Program-made: the position numbers and the translations under genes
Notes under the pieces: model-generated
The model's input: the letters and a program-made list of their open reading frames with translations, nothing else
What the model was told of the DNA's origin: nothing
Database searches by the model: none
Assembly: GCA_964557295.1 (NCBI GenBank)
Contig: CAZKZP010000004.1
Span: forward strand, 68,667-132,666
Length of the DNA stretch: 64,000 nucleotides
Source of the DNA: an uncultured Chromatiales bacterium
GTDB taxonomy: Bacteria; Pseudomonadota; Gammaproteobacteria; RBG-16-57-12
Direction of reading: 5' to 3'
Part shown: positions 58,968 to 64,000 of the stretch, in pieces
Position numbering within the stretch: the first letter of the stretch is position 1
Layout: every line of letters begins with the position of its first letter

Positions 58968-59707
58968 GCGCGCATCTCCTGCGGCAGCAAGGCGGCGGCC
59001 GCCTCGTCGAGATACCACAGCAGATCCCCGCGCGGTCGCACATCCTTCACCGGATAATCCACCGGCTGGCCGGTCAGCACCTCCGCCAGCCGCTGCGCCT
59101 TGCCGCTGCCGGCGATCAGAAACAGCACCTGCCGCGCGTTGTTGATCACCGGATAGGTGAGCGTCAGCCGCCAGGTATTGAGTTTGTCCACATACACCGG
59201 GGCCACGAGTTTCGTGCGTTCACCCAGGGCCGTGGTCTGCGGAAACAGCGAGGCGGTGTGCCCGTCATCGCCCATGCCGAGCAACACCAGATCGAAGGCC
59301 GGCAGCCGGTTTTCCTGCGGCACGCGCTGTTGTACGAGTTCGGCATAGTCGCGCGCCGCCTGATCGAGATCGGCCAGCTCACCGTGCATCCGGTGGACAT
59401 GGGACGGATCGAGCGTCAACGGCTGCAACAGCGCGGCACTGGCCATGCGGAAATTGCTGTCCGGGTGATCCGGCGGCACGCTGCGCTCGTCGCCGAAATA
59501 GACCTGCACCCGCGACCAATCGACACGACGCCGGAACTCCGGGGTGGCCAGCTGCTCATACAGCCGCTTCGGCGTCGAGCCGCCGGAGAGTACGAGATGA
59601 AATTCCCCGCGCCGCGCAATGGCCTCGCGGGCACAGGCGACCACCCGTTCCGCCGCCGCCAGACTCAAGACTTCAGCGTCGGCAAACACCTGGATCCTTG
59701 TTGTCAT
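58964..59707 (-). CDS. pgl: 6-phosphogluconolactonase
   Basis: It starts MTTRIQVFADAEVLSLAAAERV...HLVLSGGSTP, with the start taken at an internal Met of ORF 58964..59779. Confidence 0.85.
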   Translation of the reverse strand: MTTRIQVFADAEVLSLAAAERVVACAREAIARRGEFHLVLSGGSTPKRLYEQLATPEFRRRVDWSRVQVYFGDERSVPPDHPDSNFRMASAALLQPLTLDPSHVHRMHGELADLDQAARDYAELVQQRVPQENRLPAFDLVLLGMGDDGHTASLFPQTTALGERTKLVAPVYVDKLNTWRLTLTYPVINNARQVLFLIAGSGKAQRLAEVLTGQPVDYPVKDVRPRGDLLWYLDEAAAALLPQEMRA

Positions 59708-59804
59708 TCTGTGCCACCCTCCGGATGCGTTATCATGGACGATATGGAATAGCTTAGACTGCGCCCGGCAAGGTCGCATCGACTAATATTTCGGACGATT
59801 TTCA

Positions 59805-60533
59805 TTGAACAAAAGCCTGCTCACCAATTTAATCGCTGCGGCCCTGATCCTGGCCGGGTTGGTCTCGCCATGGTATGGCCCCGTGATCATCGAAACCGGC
59901 ACCTTCGCGCTCTCCGGCGCGCTGACCAACTGGCTCGCGATCTACATGCTGTTCGAGCGCGTGCCGCTGCTGTACGGCTCCGGCATCATCCCCGCGCGTT
60001 TCGAGGAATTCAAATGCGTGATCAAGCAAACAATCATGGAGCAATTCTTCACCCGCGAGCAGATCAACCGCTTCATCGACACCGAGGAACACTCCAGCGT
60101 GCGGCTCATGGACCTGGAGCCGCTGGTGCGCATCGTCGATTACGACCGCATCTTCGACGCCCTGACTGAGGCAATCTTGAAAAGTACCGTCGGCAGCATG
60201 CTCGGCATGCTCGGCGGCGCGAAGTCGCTGGAATCGCTCCGCGAACCCTTCACCACCAAGCTGCAGGAGACCTTGCGCGGCATCACGCAGAGCGAAGCCT
60301 TCCATGCCGCCTTGAGCAAAAGCATCAACCAGAAACAGCTCGGCGAGGACATCATCGTGAACATCGAGCGCCTCCTCGATCAGCGCCTGAATGAACTCAC
60401 CCCGCAGCAGGTCAAGGAGATCGTGGAGAAGATCATCCAGGAACACCTCGGCTGGCTGGTGGTCTGGGGCGGCGTCTTCGGCGGGCTGATCGGCCTGGTC
60501 TTCAGCCTCGCCAGCGGCAACCTCAACCCATAG
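59805..60533 (+). CDS. DUF445-like membrane-associated protein
   Basis: 242 aa with N-terminal hydrophobic segments. The family call is from memory, with moderate confidence. Confidence 0.5.
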   Translation: MNKSLLTNLIAAALILAGLVSPWYGPVIIETGTFALSGALTNWLAIYMLFERVPLLYGSGIIPARFEEFKCVIKQTIMEQFFTREQINRFIDTEEHSSVRLMDLEPLVRIVDYDRIFDALTEAILKSTVGSMLGMLGGAKSLESLREPFTTKLQETLRGITQSEAFHAALSKSINQKQLGEDIIVNIERLLDQRLNELTPQQVKEIVEKIIQEHLGWLVVWGGVFGGLIGLVFSLASGNLNP

Positions 60534-60543
60534 GATTCCATCC

Positions 60544-61023
60544 GTGCGCCCCTATCTCCTCATCGCCATCGCGTTATTGCTGCTCGTGTTTCTTCTGGGC
60601 CGCTGGTTCGTAAAAGCCCCGCCGCAGCAAGCGCGCATGTGGCTGGTCCGCGCCTTGATCTTCCTGCTGCTCGCCGGGTTGATCGTGCTCGCGGCCACCG
60701 GCCGCATACACTGGCTCATCGCCGCCGGCGGCGGCCTCGCCGCGCTGGCCATGCGCCTGTGGCGCGCCTGGCAGGTGTACAGCGCGATCAAACGCGCCAC
60801 CCGGGGCTCGCAGCAATCCCGCTCCGCCCCGAGCGGAACCCACAGCGGGCGGATGAACAAGGACGAGGCCTACGAGATCCTCGGCCTCAAACCCGGCGCC
60901 AGCCGCGAAGAGATCATCGCCGCTCATCGGCGCCTGATCCAAAAACTCCATCCCGACCACGGCGGCAGCGATCGCCTCGCCGCCAAGGTCAATGAGGCGA
61001 AGGATGTGCTGCTCGAGGACTAA
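60544..61023 (+). CDS. J-domain (DnaJ-like) inner-membrane protein
   Basis: Two N-terminal TM helices are followed by a C-terminal J domain ([36 protein letters not shown] with an HPD motif). Confidence 0.75.
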   Translation: MRPYLLIAIALLLLVFLLGRWFVKAPPQQARMWLVRALIFLLLAGLIVLAATGRIHWLIAAGGGLAALAMRLWRAWQVYSAIKRATRGSQQSRSAPSGTHSGRMNKDEAYEILGLKPGASREEIIAAHRRLIQKLHPDHGGSDRLAAKVNEAKDVLLED

Positions 61024-62360
61024 CCGAGCGCCTCGGCATTATTGAAGGCGCTCAACACCCGGTAGAGATCATACGCATCGCGCGCCCCGGCCAGCTCGCG
61101 GATCGAGTGCATGGCAAAGGTCGGCACGCCGATATCGCTGGTCTTGATCCCCAGCTCCGCCGCCGTGATCGGACCGATCGTGCTACCGCAGGCCATATCG
61201 CTTCTGACCACAAACGATTGCACCGGCACCTGCACGCTCGCGCACAGCGCGCGGAAAAACGCCGCCGTCACACTGTTGGTGGCGTATCGCTGATTGGCAT
61301 TGACCTTGATGACCGGGCCGCGATTGAGTAAGGGCCCGTGATTGTCATCATGCTTGTCGGCGAAGTTGGGATGCACGCCATGGGCGTTGTCCGCGGAGAT
61401 CATCAACGAGCGATTGATCATGCGCGCCAGCTCCTGCCCCGTGCCGCTCATCCGCTCCAGCACATCGCGCAGGAACGAACCCTGCGCCCCACAGTAGGAG
61501 GCGCTGCCGACTTCTTCATGATCATTGCAGACCAGCACCGCGGTATGCTGACCTGCGTTTTCCAACAGGCCCATCGCGCCGGCATAACAGCTGAGCAGAT
61601 TGTCCAGCCGCGCCCCGCTGATGAATTCCCCGTAGAACCCCACCCGCGCCGGCGGCTGCACATCATAGAGGCTGATCTCGAAATCCAGCACCTTGTCGAT
61701 GTCATGCGCCCCGCACTCCTCGATCAGATGTGCCAGCAACAGTTCCTTGAAACGCGGCGAGGCACCCTCCTCGGCCTGCAACACCACCGGCGGCAGCTGC
61801 AATTGCGCATTCACATTGCGCGCGCTGTTGGCCTCCCGGTCCAAATGGATCGCCAGACTGGGAATGATCGCCACCGGACGCTTGAAATCCACCAGCAGAT
61901 GCGCGAGTGCCTGGTCCTTGGTCAGACAACTGACGCGCCCAGCCAGCGAGAGATCGCGGTCGAACCAGGGATTGAGCAAGGCCCCGCCGTACACCTCGAC
62001 ACCTAGCTGGTAATAGCCCTTCTTGACGCGATCAGGTTCCGGCTTGACCTTGAGACAGGGGCTGTCGGTATGCGCGCCGACGATGCGCGCGCCGTGCGTC
62101 AGCGCATCCTCCGTGCCGGCCACGAAGGCGATGAGCGATGAGCCATTGCGCGTGACAAAATACCGCCCACCCGGCGCGAGCTGCCACGGCTGCGATTCGC
62201 ACAACTCGGTGAATCCCCGCTGGTGCAGGATGGCTGACAGATTGGCCGCCGCATGAAACGGCGTGGGGGAGTTTGCAAGAAACCTCAACAGACCCTCGAG
62301 AAAATTGTCTTCGGCCATCGCCATGTCGCTCAACCTCGTGTGTGCAGTTGCGTCTATCAT
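61020..62360 (-). CDS. M18-family aminopeptidase (aspartyl aminopeptidase-like)
   Basis: 446 aa with [15 protein letters not shown] near the N-terminus, [13 protein letters not shown] and the M18 metal-ligand regions. Confidence 0.8.
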   Translation of the reverse strand: MIDATAHTRLSDMAMAEDNFLEGLLRFLANSPTPFHAAANLSAILHQRGFTELCESQPWQLAPGGRYFVTRNGSSLIAFVAGTEDALTHGARIVGAHTDSPCLKVKPEPDRVKKGYYQLGVEVYGGALLNPWFDRDLSLAGRVSCLTKDQALAHLLVDFKRPVAIIPSLAIHLDREANSARNVNAQLQLPPVVLQAEEGASPRFKELLLAHLIEECGAHDIDKVLDFEISLYDVQPPARVGFYGEFISGARLDNLLSCYAGAMGLLENAGQHTAVLVCNDHEEVGSASYCGAQGSFLRDVLERMSGTGQELARMINRSLMISADNAHGVHPNFADKHDDNHGPLLNRGPVIKVNANQRYATNSVTAAFFRALCASVQVPVQSFVVRSDMACGSTIGPITAAELGIKTSDIGVPTFAMHSIRELAGARDAYDLYRVLSAFNNAEALG

Positions 62361-62469
62361 AAGCTAGTTGCCAGGGTCTGTTAACCTGGTGCATCCGCCC
62401 GGTTAAATCTTTTGCCCAAACACTCGATATCATTCATAGACCCGCGCATTTCTTGAGAGGACTCGTCCC

Positions 62470-63882
62470 ATGAGCGACACCATCAGCTTCTACCAAAGCG
62501 TCAACCTCATGGCCGACCGCGCCATCCAGGTGCTCGGTCTGGATGCGGGCACGGCAGCGGCCATCAAGGCGTGCAGCTCGGTGCTCAAGGTGGAATTCCC
62601 CGTCAAGCTCAACGGCAAGATCGAACTCTTCACCGGCTGGCGCGCCGTGCACAGTACCCATCGGCTGCCGGTCAAAGGCGGCATCCGTTATGCGCCCTAC
62701 GCCAATCAAGACGAGGTGGAGGCGCTGGCCGCGCTGATGAGCTACAAATGCGCGCTGGTGGATGTCCCCTTCGGCGGTTCCAAGGGCGCGCTGCTGATCG
62801 ATCCGAAGAAATACACCCGCGATGAATTGCAACTCATCACCCGGCGCTTCACGCTGGAACTGGTGCGCAAGGGCTTCCTGAGCCCGGCGACCAATGTCCC
62901 CGCGCCCGACATGGGCACCGGCGAGCGCGAAATGGCCTGGATCGCCGACACCTACAAACATCTGCACCCCGAGGACATCAACTACCTGGCGTGCGTCACC
63001 GGGAAACCGGTGCAGCACGGCGGCATCCGCGGCCGCAAGGAGGCCACCGGGCGCGGCGTGCAATATGCCTTGCAGGAATTCTTCCGTCACCCCGATGATG
63101 TCAAACGCGCCGGCCTGAGCGGCACGCTCGCGGGCCAGCGCATCATCGTCCAGGGCTTCGGCAATGTCGGCTACCACGCCGCCAAATTCTTGAGCGAGGA
63201 AGACGGCGCCAAGATCATCGGCATCATCAAGAGCGACGGCTATCTCTATCATGAAGACGGCCTGTCGGTGGAAGAGGTGCACCGGCATCTCGTCACCCAC
63301 AAGACCCTCAAGAACTTTCCCGGCGCCCGCTACGGCGAGAATGTGAGCGAAGCGCTGGAACTCGCGTGCGACATCCTGATCCCCGCCGCGATGGAGGCGG
63401 TGATCGACCAGCACAACGCCAACAACATCAAGGCGCGGCTGATCGTGGAGGCGGCCAACGGCCCGATCACCTATGGCGCCGATGAAATGCTGAAAAAACG
63501 CGGCATCACCGTACTGCCCGACTTCTTCGTCAACGCGGGCGGCGTGATCGTGTCCTACTTCGAATGGATCCGCAACATCTCGCACATCCGTTTCGGGCGC
63601 ATGCAGCGCCGGCACGACGAAACGCGCGGTCATCAATTTGCATCCGTGCTGGAGAATTTGACTGGCATGAAAATGCCGGAGAATGCCCGCGAAAACCTAG
63701 TCCGTGGCGCAGAAGAGATCGACTTGGTGCGCTCCGGCCTCGACGACTCCATGCGTCTGGCCTATCAGGAGATGCAGCGGGTGCTCCACACCTATCCGCA
63801 GATCGGCGATTACCGCACCGCCGCGTATGTCATCTCGATCGAAAAGATCTCCCGGACCTATCTCGACATCGGCGTATATTGA
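62470..63882 (+). CDS. Glu/Leu/Phe/Val dehydrogenase family protein (likely glutamate dehydrogenase)
   Basis: 470 aa with the catalytic-Lys motif VDVPFGGSKGAL and Rossmann GFGNVGYHAA. Confidence 0.85.
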   Translation: MSDTISFYQSVNLMADRAIQVLGLDAGTAAAIKACSSVLKVEFPVKLNGKIELFTGWRAVHSTHRLPVKGGIRYAPYANQDEVEALAALMSYKCALVDVPFGGSKGALLIDPKKYTRDELQLITRRFTLELVRKGFLSPATNVPAPDMGTGEREMAWIADTYKHLHPEDINYLACVTGKPVQHGGIRGRKEATGRGVQYALQEFFRHPDDVKRAGLSGTLAGQRIIVQGFGNVGYHAAKFLSEEDGAKIIGIIKSDGYLYHEDGLSVEEVHRHLVTHKTLKNFPGARYGENVSEALELACDILIPAAMEAVIDQHNANNIKARLIVEAANGPITYGADEMLKKRGITVLPDFFVNAGGVIVSYFEWIRNISHIRFGRMQRRHDETRGHQFASVLENLTGMKMPENARENLVRGAEEIDLVRSGLDDSMRLAYQEMQRVLHTYPQIGDYRTAAYVISIEKISRTYLDIGVY

Positions 63883-63925
63883 CAAGAAGGAGGGAAGACC
63901 GGCGACCTTCCCTCCGCACGCACAT

Positions 63926-64000
63926 CACCACTGCTTGAAGCGAGTATCCCAGCGCTTGAACCGATTGCGGCAGTACTGATCCAGGGCCTCCGCCCCGTCG
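63926..64000 (-). CDS. 3' end (C-terminal ~24 aa) of an unidentified minus-strand gene running off the window
   Basis: The reverse frame reads ...DGAEALDQYCRNRFKRWDTRFKQW* with its stop around 63925-63927. It is too short to assign a product. Confidence 0.3.

Overview
This is a high-GC proteobacterial window, about 63-66% GC in the core genes. About 40 kb of it (3059-43641) is a near-complete exosortase A (XrtA)/PEP-CTERM-type exopolysaccharide (EPS) locus. Nineteen co-directional minus-strand genes run from 15068 to 43641: three GT4 glycosyltransferases, an AsnB-like amidotransferase, a Wzx-type flippase, a sulfotransferase, a WecG/TagA-like GT26, a CE4 deacetylase, WecB, a polyprenyl-phosphate sugar transferase, a heparinase II/III-like protein, a beta-barrel outer-membrane protein, a chain-length determinant with its tyrosine-kinase ATPase, a Wza-like exporter, the TPR lipoprotein PrsT, an XrtA-EpsI fusion, the sigma-54 regulator PrsR and the kinase PrsK. 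Upstream at 4365-14950 is a plus-strand, lower-GC accessory module. It holds two lipoproteins that share a C-terminal FN3-like domain behind (GS)n and Pro/Thr tandem-repeat linkers, two tandem paralogous secreted right-handed beta-helix enzymes (pectate-lyase fold), a polytopic membrane protein and a Wzy/O-antigen-ligase-like polymerase. This module is the best candidate for an undescribed surface-glycan processing/anchoring system that replaces classical PEP-CTERM cargo. The window start carries a FemAB/DUF482-like fragment, a GAF-HD-GYP phosphodiesterase, a DUF4143 ATPase and an XrtA-type deacetylase. Downstream are a Lon-like AAA_32 protease, a glycogen cluster (glgC, GH57, malQ, glgB, glgA), oxidative pentose-phosphate/Entner-Doudoroff genes (gnd, zwf, glk, pgl), a DUF445 protein, a J-domain membrane protein, an M18 aminopeptidase and a Glu/Leu/Phe/Val dehydrogenase. 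Intergenic regions hold at least three interspersed repeat families, a roughly 270-bp nested-inverted-repeat MITE-like element, a clean Rho-independent terminator and coding tandem/microsatellite repeats. No rRNA, tRNA, CRISPR array or transposase was recognised. Coordinates follow the supplied ORF track; internal start choices were computed from residue offsets.
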